Numbered from the stretch's first letter, positions 16,770-27,627 are shown. The stretch: DNA of 64,000 nucleotides from a virus (IMGVR_UViG_3300033076_001048:1-64000), one strand, 5' to 3'. The notes: generated from the sequence alone by a model not told the origin. A program made the numbers and translations.

Positions 16770-17597
16770 TTATGCTAATAAGTGATAATACTCTTTAAAG
16801 TGTTTAATTCTATCAGGAAGTCCGATAGTACCACCGTTTACTCTTTTTGTAACTGCGGTTACCGTAGCATCGTCAGCTCCTTTATCCGCAATTGCGTTCA
16901 ATCCGTTCTTACTGAAGAACCAACCTGCAGATGCTAATGCGTATTTGGTAGCAACCAAATCAGGATTTGCAACTGTATCTTCACCAATTGATTTTGCAAA
17001 AGATGCGTAGTTGTCTTTACCTGTCAATTGGATATATCCTCTACCTCTGAATTTGTAACCTTCTTTTGTTTCCTCACCACCGTTACCCATTCTTCCACCA
17101 TAAACTTTTGATGCAATTTTTTCAGGGTTTCTTGCGTATGATTCAGCGATGTTACCAGGGAAATATTTAGGGAAAATCTTTTTAAGACCATCCGCAGAGT
17201 AATTCAAGTTTTCTTGAGTTGCTTTGAATCCTCCTGATTCGTGACCACATTGTGCCAAGAAATGTGCCAATCTTAAAGGTGTGTTAATTTGGAATTTTTC
17301 CATTACAGTTGGAATCTGTGCAATTACTGCTTCAGGAATATGTCCTTTTAATTTCTCCAAATTAATTGGACCACCTTTAGGGATAATAACAACATCTTCT
17401 TTAATAACTGATGCTGATAATCCTAATTTTTCCATTGATGCTGGACCGATAATACCGTCAGCGGTTAAACCATTTTTTGTTTGCCATTCCTTAACAATTT
17501 TTTCAGTGCCAGGACCGAAATCACCGTCAGCGGCAATTCCCAATTTTGCTTGAAGAGCTTTTACCTCTTCTCCTTTTGAACCTAATTTTAAAATCAT
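16770..17597 (-). CDS. Endolysin: PG-binding domain plus GH19 chitinase-like lysozyme
   Basis: DGDFGPGT/DGIIGP PG-binding repeats; HFLAQCGHESGGF, FRGRGYIQLTG, VTKRVNGG. Confidence 0.93.
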   Translation of the reverse strand: MILKLGSKGEEVKALQAKLGIAADGDFGPGTEKIVKEWQTKNGLTADGIIGPASMEKLGLSASVIKEDVVIIPKGGPINLEKLKGHIPEAVIAQIPTVMEKFQINTPLRLAHFLAQCGHESGGFKATQENLNYSADGLKKIFPKYFPGNIAESYARNPEKIASKVYGGRMGNGGEETKEGYKFRGRGYIQLTGKDNYASFAKSIGEDTVANPDLVATKYALASAGWFFSKNGLNAIADKGADDATVTAVTKRVNGGTIGLPDRIKHFKEYYHLLA

Positions 17598-17673
17598 ATT
17601 TTTCTTTGTTTATTAACTATAAATATTTATAACATTCTAAACATTAAAAAATTAACCTAATATTTATATTATT

Positions 17674-19230
17674 ATGATTAGTAAAAAGCTAATAATCTCA
17701 GAAGAAGAAAGAAAAGAAATTAAAACATTGTATGGTTTAATTAGAGAACAGGAAGCAACACAAAAAAATCCTGAAATTACATTAGATTTAGCAGGTACAT
17801 TTGGTTCAGGAAAATATAAATTACCTGAAAAAGCCGACAAGATAGATGATTTAATAACTAAAATTAGAGAATTTAAAAAACAGAATGCCGGTAGTGTGAT
17901 TGAAATTTCAATTAATTCAGGAGAGTCTCAGGTACCAAATTATGATAGAGAAAAATATCCTGTTACCGGAAATGACAAAGTTGATTATACTAAAGAAAAA
18001 AGATTACCTGTAGGTGCCATTGCTAAGTACAGGGCAAATGCTTTAAAGGCGTATATTGAAAAGGTTGCACCTGATTTACTTAAAGATACAAAATTAGTAA
18101 TAAATGAACCTGTTATTGGTCCAACAAAATGGAATCCTGATGGTGGGGACAAATCAGGGGATGAAAAGTTTACTAAAGAACAATTTGCCAATTTTAAAAT
18201 TAAAGCCATTGGTAAAAAAAATGAAGACAGTACACTTCCTGGTGGTGGTTCATCTGGTTGTGCAACTGGTTTAAGAATTAAAGTTTGGGTTCCAAAACAT
18301 AATTGTAACAACGCTGAATTTTTTATTGTTCTAAATAATACAGTACTATACAACATTGATGGTGGTTATACCGCTAATCTTAATAATTCTGACACAACTA
18401 AAACTATTGCTGGTACAGAATTAGTACCTCAGTTATTAAATCCGGCGTATGGTTATATAAGTAAAAAATATGGTGTACAAAAAAAGGGTGATATAGGTGG
18501 TTCAAGATTAGAAGAATTTGTTGTCACACCTGAACAATCAAAAACAATTGTTGAATCGGGTAAAGGTTACATTTACATTTGGATGATTGGTACAACTAAA
18601 GAAATTCACAAGGACATTCCAAGAGTATTTATTACAAAAAATAATCAAGAGGTCTATAATGGTTCCCCTAAAATTGCATCAGGATTATTATTGGTACTAG
18701 ATGCATGCGGTAATAAAGTGACACAAATTCCTGAAGGAACAACAAGTCAAGAACCAAATGTTGATTCATATATCAATAAATTAGTTTCAGATAGAAGTAA
18801 AATTAACGTTAAAGAGAAACTTCCTAAAAAAACTGATGATAAAGAAGTTTTATTGGCAAGTTCAGGTAAATTAGTAAATTTAATAAGTACATTAGAAACT
18901 TACCTAAAAGATAAAATTTTAGCAAGTGGTATTAGAGCAACAGATAATGGATTGTTATTGGCATTAAAAAAGAATAAAGCAAATATTATAAATCAAACAT
19001 ATAGTGATGTTTATCAAATATTACAATCAAACAATTGGATGAGAAAAAATCCACTTGAAAACAAATATTCTAACAAGTTTGTTGAGAGTGATATGGGGGG
19101 TGACATTAAATTAGATTTGGATAATTTTTACGATAAATTTAATAAAATTTATTATTCTAACTCCAATGAAAAATATTTTCCTGACGGTGTAGGTTATGAT
19201 TCCTTAAGAAAGAATTTAAAAACAACCTAA
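17674..19230 (+). CDS. Leader-family protein with a degenerate OmpA-like domain
   Basis: KLIISEEE leader; FGSGKY...AKYRANALKAYI; TATTTATA at 17661. Confidence 0.7.
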   Translation: MISKKLIISEEERKEIKTLYGLIREQEATQKNPEITLDLAGTFGSGKYKLPEKADKIDDLITKIREFKKQNAGSVIEISINSGESQVPNYDREKYPVTGNDKVDYTKEKRLPVGAIAKYRANALKAYIEKVAPDLLKDTKLVINEPVIGPTKWNPDGGDKSGDEKFTKEQFANFKIKAIGKKNEDSTLPGGGSSGCATGLRIKVWVPKHNCNNAEFFIVLNNTVLYNIDGGYTANLNNSDTTKTIAGTELVPQLLNPAYGYISKKYGVQKKGDIGGSRLEEFVVTPEQSKTIVESGKGYIYIWMIGTTKEIHKDIPRVFITKNNQEVYNGSPKIASGLLLVLDACGNKVTQIPEGTTSQEPNVDSYINKLVSDRSKINVKEKLPKKTDDKEVLLASSGKLVNLISTLETYLKDKILASGIRATDNGLLLALKKNKANIINQTYSDVYQILQSNNWMRKNPLENKYSNKFVESDMGGDIKLDLDNFYDKFNKIYYSNSNEKYFPDGVGYDSLRKNLKTT

Positions 19231-19289
19231 TTATTTTTTTGTGGTTTAGTATAATATTTGTATCTTTGTATTGTAAAGGAGATACAAAT

Positions 19290-19865
19290 ATGAAAAACAT
19301 CATCATCACAATCGGAATCTTACTCTCAACTTTGAGTGTTAAATCTCAAACTGTAATTGGACCTGTGTTTAATGAGTCATTTGCGGATTCTTTAATCTTT
19401 GTTAAAATCAACCAAGTACGTGTTGATAGTGGATTAAGAAAAGTTTACCCATCAGGTAAATTAAGAAAATTCGTATCACAAAAAAACTCAGCAATCATGG
19501 TTAAAGAAAACAGATTGTTCCACCCTGGAAATGTTGAAACTCCTGAATTTGTTAAACAACTTAATATTTTAGCTAAAGAGTATTTAAAAATTAATAATAA
19601 TTTTAGAGTAGTTTACGGTTCTGATAGTATTCCTGCGTATTCTATTGATGAAATTGCCGCAAAAATTAATAGTCAACCAAAAACTTATGAAGAACTCGCT
19701 GAAAAATGTGTCAATGGTTGGTTAAACTCACCACCGCACAAAGGTCTTATGTTTAATAGTGGATATGACGGAAGTCTACACAAATACCAAAATCTTTTGT
19801 GTGGCGTATCAATTAAAAAAAGTGGTAACGTTTATTACGCTTGTGTTAACTACATTGAATTCTAA
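19290..19865 (+). CDS. Secreted CAP/SCP-domain protein
   Basis: Signal peptide; GWLNSPPH motif; TATCTTTG at 19261. Confidence 0.8.
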   Translation: MKNIIITIGILLSTLSVKSQTVIGPVFNESFADSLIFVKINQVRVDSGLRKVYPSGKLRKFVSQKNSAIMVKENRLFHPGNVETPEFVKQLNILAKEYLKINNNFRVVYGSDSIPAYSIDEIAAKINSQPKTYEELAEKCVNGWLNSPPHKGLMFNSGYDGSLHKYQNLLCGVSIKKSGNVYYACVNYIEF

Positions 19866-19878
19866 TCCCCCCTTATTT

Positions 19879-21069
19879 TTAATTACCTGATACGGTAATA
19901 ATAGGGGGAGTCATTTCAACCCTTCTATCAAGAGCGGTTTGACTTGAGTCGTGTGGTTTTTTCCAATCAATACCTGATTTACTTGAGTCTTGTCCCATTC
20001 CTTTAGCGTTTACCCAATTTTCAACAGCGGTTGGGAAAATAGTTTTAATTAATTCGGGTTTTCCACCACGAACAATTTCAAACGAATTTAAAAAATTATC
20101 AAAATTTTCTTTAACTCTATTTGCTCTTTGTTGACTTAAACATAAATCATAATTTTTTCTTGGTCCTTTACCCTTACCATATTGACTACATGCTTGTAAA
20201 TTACCACCATCCATAGCTGATGGGTCGGCATCGGACGATGCATAACCTAATAAGGTTATTGGTCTATCTAAAATATTTTTTAATCTACCCAATCTAAATG
20301 CACCGGTTAAAAATTTATTTAATTTTTTCAATTGTTCTTCTAAATCTTTCTTACCTTTTTCTGTTAATATATCTGAATCAAATTCAAATGGGTCCTGAAG
20401 TAAAAAAGTAAATTTTTCAGGTACAAATGTATCATCTTTTGGTTGTGGTTTACTAGATATTGGTTGTTTTCCAAAACCTATTTCACTAACCAACGCATTT
20501 CTACCTTTAATAGGTATATATGATTCTTTATAATTAGCATAAAAATATCCATCTTCATTTTTAGCCTTCATTAAACCATCTTGTTTTGCCTTAGCTCTTG
20601 AGATAACAACAGGTGCTGTCGCATTTAAAAACATTTTTCCTCCATCACCAAACATTACAACATAATATGTTGGTAGTTTTTGATTTTCCCATTGGTATTG
20701 TAACGGTCCAAAACTTTTAACTAAAAATGTTTTAAATATATTTTGTAAATCTTGTTGGGCATCCATTAATTTACTACTCGTTTCATATTTTTTTCCATTT
20801 ACATCAAAGGCATAACTAACATTTTCATCTTTACTCCATATTTCACGAGCGTTTGTACCGTCAAAAAAATATATTTTATTACCATCATGGTAAATTCTTT
20901 CAGTTTTAGGACCTGGTACTCCAAAATAAAAAACATCTAACTCACCAGATGGTGTCAATGTAGCGTCTTGTTCCCAAATTAATTTAGTACCTGGTTTACT
21001 TTTATATGACTCGTGTAAACCACGAATACTGTTTTTTTCTTCTTGTGACAGTTCAAATAAGTTTTTCAT
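19879..21069 (-). CDS. Leader-family protein with an OmpA C-terminal-like domain
   Basis: FEFDSD...GYAS...LSQQRANRV...AKGMG...DRRVE; no signal peptide. Confidence 0.8.
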   Translation of the reverse strand: MKNLFELSQEEKNSIRGLHESYKSKPGTKLIWEQDATLTPSGELDVFYFGVPGPKTERIYHDGNKIYFFDGTNAREIWSKDENVSYAFDVNGKKYETSSKLMDAQQDLQNIFKTFLVKSFGPLQYQWENQKLPTYYVVMFGDGGKMFLNATAPVVISRAKAKQDGLMKAKNEDGYFYANYKESYIPIKGRNALVSEIGFGKQPISSKPQPKDDTFVPEKFTFLLQDPFEFDSDILTEKGKKDLEEQLKKLNKFLTGAFRLGRLKNILDRPITLLGYASSDADPSAMDGGNLQACSQYGKGKGPRKNYDLCLSQQRANRVKENFDNFLNSFEIVRGGKPELIKTIFPTAVENWVNAKGMGQDSSKSGIDWKKPHDSSQTALDRRVEMTPPIITVSGN

Positions 21070-21127
21070 AAATATTTTCTTATATAAATATCATTAATAA
21101 TATAAAATGTATAGGTATTTATAAACA

Positions 21128-21775
21128 ATGGACAACGACAAGTTAAATAAAATTCAAGACCTTTTAGAGGATGAAGAATTTAAGGTGGATAATTTTGAAT
21201 TTAAGTTATGGTTAGTAAGAAAAAGTTGGGCGGATAGTCTTTTTTTTGATTTTAAAGTTTACAACCCTAATGATGAACCGTTTTGTCGACAATGTTTAGA
21301 ATCTTCATTGTATCAAGAATTAAAACCATATTTAAGATATTTTAATATTGATGAAAATATCACCATCAACATTTACGATAAAGACAGAGTTTTAGAACCC
21401 TATTATATTACTGATGATTTTGTTGATGGATTATTTGATTCAATAAAGGATATTACTGATATTGATTATGATGATAATACTGATTATGATGATTTAAAAA
21501 TCAAAATAAAACAAAAACCTTTAAAAATAAGTGTTGAGATAATACATGACAATACAATTAAATTAACTGTATTTGCAAAATATATTTCACATGAAATAAT
21601 TTTTGATGGTAAAATTGAAGATACTTCACCATTGAATATTGGTAATCATTGGGACGATTTTGTATCAGCATTACATATTGATGAATCTTGGTATCACGAA
21701 AGTATCAATAATTATTTGGAAAAACACCCTTCAATGGAATGTATGGGTGTTTATTTGAATTCGAAATTCATCTAA
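21128..21775 (+). CDS. Acidic hypothetical protein
   Basis: ORF after TATTTATA at 21116. Confidence 0.75.
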   Translation: MDNDKLNKIQDLLEDEEFKVDNFEFKLWLVRKSWADSLFFDFKVYNPNDEPFCRQCLESSLYQELKPYLRYFNIDENITINIYDKDRVLEPYYITDDFVDGLFDSIKDITDIDYDDNTDYDDLKIKIKQKPLKISVEIIHDNTIKLTVFAKYISHEIIFDGKIEDTSPLNIGNHWDDFVSALHIDESWYHESINNYLEKHPSMECMGVYLNSKFI

Positions 21776-22115
21776 GTTCAAACTTGATTGTAATATCTCG
21801 GGCAATTGATTTGTGCCCTGTTAGTTCGGTATAAATCATTTGAATATCTTTTTCAAATCCAATAATATCATAGTTTTTTCCAAAACATTGTATGAATGGC
21901 CAAAACCCTACTACATCACCTTCCTTAAATTTTTCCTTACATTCACTTTTGATTTTTTTGTAAAAACCCTCTTTGGTTGTTAAATGTAAATCACAGATAA
22001 ACATACCCATTTTTATGCCAGGACCTCTTGTAATATCAACACGCTCAACAAAAGCATACTTTCTTGGTAAATAAGAATTCAAAGCTTTTTGATACCCTAT
22101 GCGTGTTATTTCCAT
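21768..22115 (-). CDS. Hypothetical protein
   Basis: ORF, start MEITRIG. Confidence 0.65.
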   Translation of the reverse strand: MEITRIGYQKALNSYLPRKYAFVERVDITRGPGIKMGMFICDLHLTTKEGFYKKIKSECKEKFKEGDVVGFWPFIQCFGKNYDIIGFEKDIQMIYTELTGHKSIARDITIKFELR

Positions 22116-22166
22116 GATAATAAATATCATTTATTAAGAAATAAGATATTTATGTTTAACACTATT

Positions 22167-22901
22167 ATGGAAAACAGAAAATTAAACGAACAGCTTAATA
22201 AAATGAAGTCATTAATGACTGAACAAGAGGTTCAAGAAGATATGTTAGATGACATCAAAGACTACCTTTACGGTAAAGTTCAAGGTGTTAAAACAAAGTT
22301 AACAGGTGCGTTTGATGACTTATTAGATACAGGTGATTCATCTGAAGTAAGTTCATCATTTGTTGTACCTGATGAAAAGCCTGAAGAATTATCACAAGAA
22401 GAAAAAATGGAAGTTTTTTCAAAAGTTAAATCAGATGATGATTTTTACAAAGCAATTTTATTTGGTATTGGTGCACCAACATCAAAACACAATATTGATT
22501 TCTTAAAATTATGGAGAATTGCAGAAATGGGAACTGAAGGTGTTGGTAAAAAAAGATTAACAGCAACTAATAACCCTTTGAATACAACATTAAGTTACCC
22601 AATGGACCATGAAAGTAAAAATTATAATACTATTGGTGTAAAACATTATTCTAAACCAGAATACGGTGTAGATGCAACAATCAAGACATTAAAAAATGGT
22701 TACTACAACTGTATCGTTGAAGGTTTGAGACAAGGTAAAAAATATAACGAAATTGCGGGTTGTAGAACAAGAGATGGTAAAAAGGGTGAGTTAGATGTTT
22801 GGGGGACTGGTTCTAAAAATATGTTATCTATGATTGAGAAGTATCATGGTAAAGAAGATATGGCAAGAAAGATTGACCAAGAAATTCCAAAACAATCTTA
22901 A
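22167..22901 (+). CDS. Leader-family protein with a putative lysozyme-like domain
   Basis: KLNEQLNKMKSLMTE leader; W..AE...NNPLNTT...GVKHY...GVDATIKTL. Confidence 0.65.
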   Translation: MENRKLNEQLNKMKSLMTEQEVQEDMLDDIKDYLYGKVQGVKTKLTGAFDDLLDTGDSSEVSSSFVVPDEKPEELSQEEKMEVFSKVKSDDDFYKAILFGIGAPTSKHNIDFLKLWRIAEMGTEGVGKKRLTATNNPLNTTLSYPMDHESKNYNTIGVKHYSKPEYGVDATIKTLKNGYYNCIVEGLRQGKKYNEIAGCRTRDGKKGELDVWGTGSKNMLSMIEKYHGKEDMARKIDQEIPKQS

Positions 22902-23164
22902 ATACAATCGATATTAATATTAAAATATAATATGAGTCTATCCAACCCCAACAGGTTGGATATTCTTTTTTTAATATCTTCTTTTAATATTTGTAAGTTC
23001 ATTCCCTCTTGATAGTTCCACTCTTCTAATTTTAACGATAACCACATACATTTTTTTTCTTGGTCTTCAAATTCATTTAATTCAACAATGGAAAATTTAT
23101 ATTTTTGGTTTTCTTGGAAGTCGTGTATAATGTCCAACATCAACGTGTTTGTAATCATGGACAA
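22898..23164 (-). CDS. Hypothetical protein
   Basis: ORF track. Confidence 0.6.
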   Translation of the reverse strand: MSMITNTLMLDIIHDFQENQKYKFSIVELNEFEDQEKKCMWLSLKLEEWNYQEGMNLQILKEDIKKRISNLLGLDRLILYFNINIDCI

Positions 23165-23250
23165 TTAATAGTTAATTTAATTTATTGTGTAAATAAAAAA
23201 TCCCCCACCTTGTTTAAGATGAGGGATTTATGAAAATAAAAATGATGTTA

Positions 23251-23586
23251 TTAAAGTTTGTTTACCTCTGGATGTCTACCAAGTTCAGCGTGTAATGCTT
23301 CTACTGCCTTAATTAAATTTGTGTATTTTGTCTTAATCGTTGGGTTTTTAGAGTAGTCAATGTTGTGATAATGTTTTTCAAATTCCGCCTTAGCTTTAGC
23401 TAAACTATCATATAATTTTTGAGCCACAGGTTTTTCTTTCTTTGGCTTAGTTTCTTTTGCTGGTTCTTCAGTGGCTGTTGCTTCTGGCATCGGAGACATT
23501 CCCTGAATACCTACTAATTGGTTTTCATTTACAACTTTATTAATTAGGTCAACTAATTGTGATTCTGATAATCTTATTGTTTTCAT
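23251..23586 (-). CDS. Leader-family protein (IRLSESQL...VNE)
   Basis: Leader plus upstream late motif. Confidence 0.8.
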   Translation of the reverse strand: MKTIRLSESQLVDLINKVVNENQLVGIQGMSPMPEATATEEPAKETKPKKEKPVAQKLYDSLAKAKAEFEKHYHNIDYSKNPTIKTKYTNLIKAVEALHAELGRHPEVNKL

Positions 23587-23625
23587 ATTTGTTTTCTATA
23601 TAAATATATCAATTTATTTGTTTTT

Positions 23626-24597
23626 TCACTTTCTTAATTTTTGAATTAATTTTTCCAATTCTTTCTTTTTCAACTCTAATCTTTCAATCTCCTTTTCTTT
23701 ATCGGTACCGTATGCAAAATGTTGTTTTACTTTTTTGATGTTAGGAGAACCAGTATCTTTCTTTATACCAAAATCAAAATTTGTAATCAATGGTTCTTCA
23801 TAGAATCTTGCGTAGTCTTTACCATCTTTTACAATTCTATTTTTTTCATTTGCAAAAATGATAAAAGTATCACCATCAACAAACATAATGACTTGAACAT
23901 CTTTTGGTTTATATTGTATTGGATTGTATGAAGATGATTTAATTCTATAATAAACGGTTCCTTCAGGGTCCGTCCATCTTCTAGAAAGTTTTGTATCAAA
24001 GGGTTTTACTTGTGCAGAAAAATTTGACCCGTTAGGAAGAGTCACAATTAAATCCTTTCCTTTAGAAAAGTCTTCCAAAGCACCTGAACAAAATTTTTGT
24101 ATTGTAATACCTGGTAATTTATCATTTAAAATTTCAATAGATTTTCTCTCACGTGCCTCACCCTTTAAATAAGTTTCTAAATTTTTTCTTACTAATTCAT
24201 TTATGTATCTACCGTTAGGTGTGAATAAATCTTCTGCGTTTTGTTTAACCCAATTATAAACATTTCCTTTATCACCTGATTGGACATGTAGTTCTTTTAT
24301 TTTATTGTGAACCAATGAGTTGGTATCAAATCTATTTACAATCGACCAATTATATTGTTCTTCACCAGGATGTGCAAGTTCTTTTGGACCAATGATACCT
24401 TCTTTAGTTTGACAAAGGTCTTTAAACTCAGGATAAACATCTTGTACTGTTGACCATTGCGTTCCAGCTGGAATTTTGTAACCATCACCAGTATAAATCT
24501 GTCTTAGTAATGGTCTAATAGTCCTCATCATTTCAGTATCAAAACTGAAACTAGCCTCAACTATAATCTGTTTTAAAGAATCCAAAAAATTCATCAT
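23626..24597 (-). CDS. Leader-family protein with a putative PD-(D/E)xK nuclease domain
   Basis: SLKQIIVE leader; E...D..KGKD...AQVKP pattern. Confidence 0.65.
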   Translation of the reverse strand: MMNFLDSLKQIIVEASFSFDTEMMRTIRPLLRQIYTGDGYKIPAGTQWSTVQDVYPEFKDLCQTKEGIIGPKELAHPGEEQYNWSIVNRFDTNSLVHNKIKELHVQSGDKGNVYNWVKQNAEDLFTPNGRYINELVRKNLETYLKGEARERKSIEILNDKLPGITIQKFCSGALEDFSKGKDLIVTLPNGSNFSAQVKPFDTKLSRRWTDPEGTVYYRIKSSSYNPIQYKPKDVQVIMFVDGDTFIIFANEKNRIVKDGKDYARFYEEPLITNFDFGIKKDTGSPNIKKVKQHFAYGTDKEKEIERLELKKKELEKLIQKLRK

Positions 24598-24778
24598 ATA
24601 TAAATACCTCAAACTTTTTTTTAAGTCTTTGGTCTTTTTACCAAGAGTGTAATAATTATTATCTTATTATAATATAATATATATTAATAATATTAATACT
24701 ATTATATATAATTTATTTTTTATATAACTTCTTATAGAACTTATATGGATTTTTTGGTAAAGTTTTTGTATCGTTTAT

Positions 24779-25045
24779 TTGATGTCTATTCTACTTTTAA
24801 CCTTCATCCAAGTACTTACCATCATTTCAGTATATGAGCTCGTCAGATGGTCTGTAATGAGTTTATTTGATATGTTTTTACATGACACAATAATCAAAGA
24901 AAAACCCGTGAAGGTAAAAACTTGGAAGGACATGACACTTGACCATTATAGAAAACAAATTAAAAAAAATCAAACTGAACTTTATATGGAACAAAAAACC
25001 CCTTCGGGTTGGAAGGGGTTCAAGTGGTTACGTAAAATATTCTAA
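24779..25045 (+). CDS. Membrane-anchored hypothetical protein
   Basis: N-terminal hydrophobic helix. Confidence 0.55.
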   Translation: MMSILLLTFIQVLTIISVYELVRWSVMSLFDMFLHDTIIKEKPVKVKTWKDMTLDHYRKQIKKNQTELYMEQKTPSGWKGFKWLRKIF

Positions 25046-25546
25046 ATCATTGTCGTGGTCTTTATCATCATCGTCACCACTTTTGTATAAGTCGATTAAC
25101 GATTCACCATAAACATCCTTTAAGTATTCATATAGTTCATCCTCAATACTTGTTCCTTCGTATTCAGAAATTAATGACTTCAAAATACTATCAACATATT
25201 CAGATTCATTTTCAAAATCAGATGCGTAAGTACTTTTTAGTATTTCCTCAAAATATTCTGAGTGAATTAATGAATCACCAATATTTTCAACACTTTCATC
25301 TTCCTCCATCATTTCATGAATTGTTACATCACCAACAGGTACAGGAGCAAAACTCTTATCAGTCACATGTGATGGACCGTGTTTTTTTGAGATTTCTTTT
25401 AAAATTCTGTCCAAAACCAACATACCTCTTTCGTGACCAAATTCTTTAAAATATTTATTAATTGCTTTGTATAAAGACAACTCAGGCTTGTGTTCATCTT
25501 CCATTAACGCAATGTTTTTTCTGATAGACTCTTTAATAGATTTCAT
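25028..25546 (-). CDS. Acidic leader-family protein
   Basis: MKSIKESIRKNIALMED. Confidence 0.75.
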   Translation of the reverse strand: MKSIKESIRKNIALMEDEHKPELSLYKAINKYFKEFGHERGMLVLDRILKEISKKHGPSHVTDKSFAPVPVGDVTIHEMMEEDESVENIGDSLIHSEYFEEILKSTYASDFENESEYVDSILKSLISEYEGTSIEDELYEYLKDVYGESLIDLYKSGDDDDKDHDNDLEYFT

Positions 25547-25792
25547 GATTTGTTTTTCATAATAAATATCAGTATATTTGTCTTATGTTTGAATTAATAT
25601 GTTTTGGTTGGAGTTTTTGTTTATATCGGTTGTTAACCTTAAAGAAAATACCGGCTCTTTCATTTGGTAGTGAAATAAAAATGTTACTTGGTTATGGTAT
25701 ATGGTATTCTATAATATCCATAGTCTTTGTAATTGTTTCGTACTTGTTAAAATAATAAGAAATCATAAATCTCGTATATTTATAAAAATATC

Positions 25793-26936
25793 ATGCGTGA
25801 TTTAATTAAAAAAATATTAAAAGAAGAAGTTGGGGTACCTCGTGGGATTACAGATTCTGCACAAAAGTTATATAATGATATTATAACAAGATTAAAAAGA
25901 AAAACAGTAACAGGTAATTCTAACTTTAGTTTATCGTTTAAAAATACAAATAAAAAATATTCTTTTTCTGATTATCAAGATTTTGAAAACATAATAGTTG
26001 AATTTGAGTTTGATGGGTATGATGAGAGTGAAACTCATAAAGGAATTTTAGTCTTGGGATTGGGTCATAACGGTCAATCTCAATTAGATAATGGTTTTAA
26101 ATTGAATAATGTTGACACTGACGAAATAAAACTTTCAATTAATTTAGCAATTCCAACCTCAATTAGTGAGGTTGATAATAAAATTATTATCCAAACTCTA
26201 CAAGATAATAAAAGTCTAATTATGTCATCATTAGCACATGAATTGAAACATGCGTATGATAGTTACAAAAAACCTTCTGAAACTGTAAAACAAAGGTCGT
26301 TATATGGTGCATATTCAGGTACTCGTTTTGGTATTGAAGAACTTTATCACAGCAATTGAAAACTTGGTTAGACCTTCTGAAATTTATAGCTTGATGCAAC
26401 AGGGTGAAATATCTCAAAAAGATTTTTTAAATTTTATTTCAAGTAACAGAACGTATTCAACACTTAAAGACATAAATGAATTTAGTCTTGAAAATATGAT
26501 TAAATCATTAAAACAAAAACCTGAAGAAATTGATAAATTTTTATCAAACGTTGAGGATTATGAAATTCCAGAGTCAATGGATGTGAAAATAAATGATTTA
26601 TTAAAAATAGTTTATTTTGAATTACAGAAAAGAACATTACAGAGAGCACACTCAATGTTAACAAACAATTTCTTTGAGGCTATGTTTGGTTTGTCAGATG
26701 AAAAAATGAAATTTTTAAATTCTTTTGAGAGCGAAATTCTAAAATTTAAAAAAAATCCATTGAAATATTTTGAATTTCAAGAGAAAAAGTTTAAATTTGT
26801 AAGCGAAAAAATGATGAGACGATTATCAAAATTATATTCTTTGGCTAAGCCAAACCCTATTAAATTGGTTCATAAAGACCCAGTAACATATGAAATGAAA
26901 ATGTTAGAGTCTAAACCAAGAAATATAAAATCTTAA
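25793..26936 (+). pseudogene. Frameshifted leader-family HExxH metallopeptidase-like gene
   Basis: 25793-26359 (LAHELKHAYD) continues in another frame near 26341 (FITAIENLVRPSE). Confidence 0.7.
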
Positions 26937-26946
26937 TACCAAAATT

Positions 26947-27396
26947 GTGGACATAATTGGTGATTTATCACGAATACGAACTATTTTATCAGAAAACAAA
27001 AAAGAAAATTCTGATGAAAAAGAAGTTTTAATGGATTTATTAACGTTTTTAATTCCTGACCATAGTGTTTACAATCCTAATGTGATTTATTTGGATAGGA
27101 ATTCGGATGAGTATCAAAAAATTTACATACAATACAGCGTAAATAAAGAACATACTAATATTGAAAAAGAAGAATCTTACGATGATGATGACGTATTAAG
27201 TACAGAATATAGAGGTACAGTCTATCTAACAATAGAAAAACTTAACATTCTTGACGAATATAATAATATTTTGGTTGAAGATGCAGACTGGTACGATGTA
27301 CCTGGATATGTTTTTGAAGAATTTGAGGGTGTGTTAGGTCTTTTGTGCCACAAATACGGTATGGATGTCGATTTTGACTACATAATAGAAGACTAA
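26947..27396 (+). CDS. Acidic leader-family protein
   Basis: GTG start, SRIRTILSE; C-terminal domain resembles 27628-28317. Confidence 0.7.
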   Translation: MDIIGDLSRIRTILSENKKENSDEKEVLMDLLTFLIPDHSVYNPNVIYLDRNSDEYQKIYIQYSVNKEHTNIEKEESYDDDDVLSTEYRGTVYLTIEKLNILDEYNNILVEDADWYDVPGYVFEEFEGVLGLLCHKYGMDVDFDYIIED

Positions 27397-27404
27397 ATGA
27401 GGTA

Positions 27405-27590
27405 TTAGCTCATTAATCTATTGATTTCTCTCATAATTTGATGTTGTTGAGACTCAATAACCTTAATTTGTCTCTCTTGTTCCTCTGTAAGATTTACCTG
27501 TGTTAGTCTGATATCAGCAATTCTGTTTCTTAATTTGTCAAATTCTGACATCAAAAAGGAATATCTTTGGGCTTTTTGTTCGTTGTTCAT
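27405..27590 (-). CDS. Small coiled-coil protein
   Basis: ORF track. Confidence 0.65.
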   Translation of the reverse strand: MNNEQKAQRYSFLMSEFDKLRNRIADIRLTQVNLTEEQERQIKVIESQQHQIMREINRLMS

Positions 27591-27627
27591 AATTTAAAGG
27601 TAATTAGATTATCAAAAATGTATAGAT

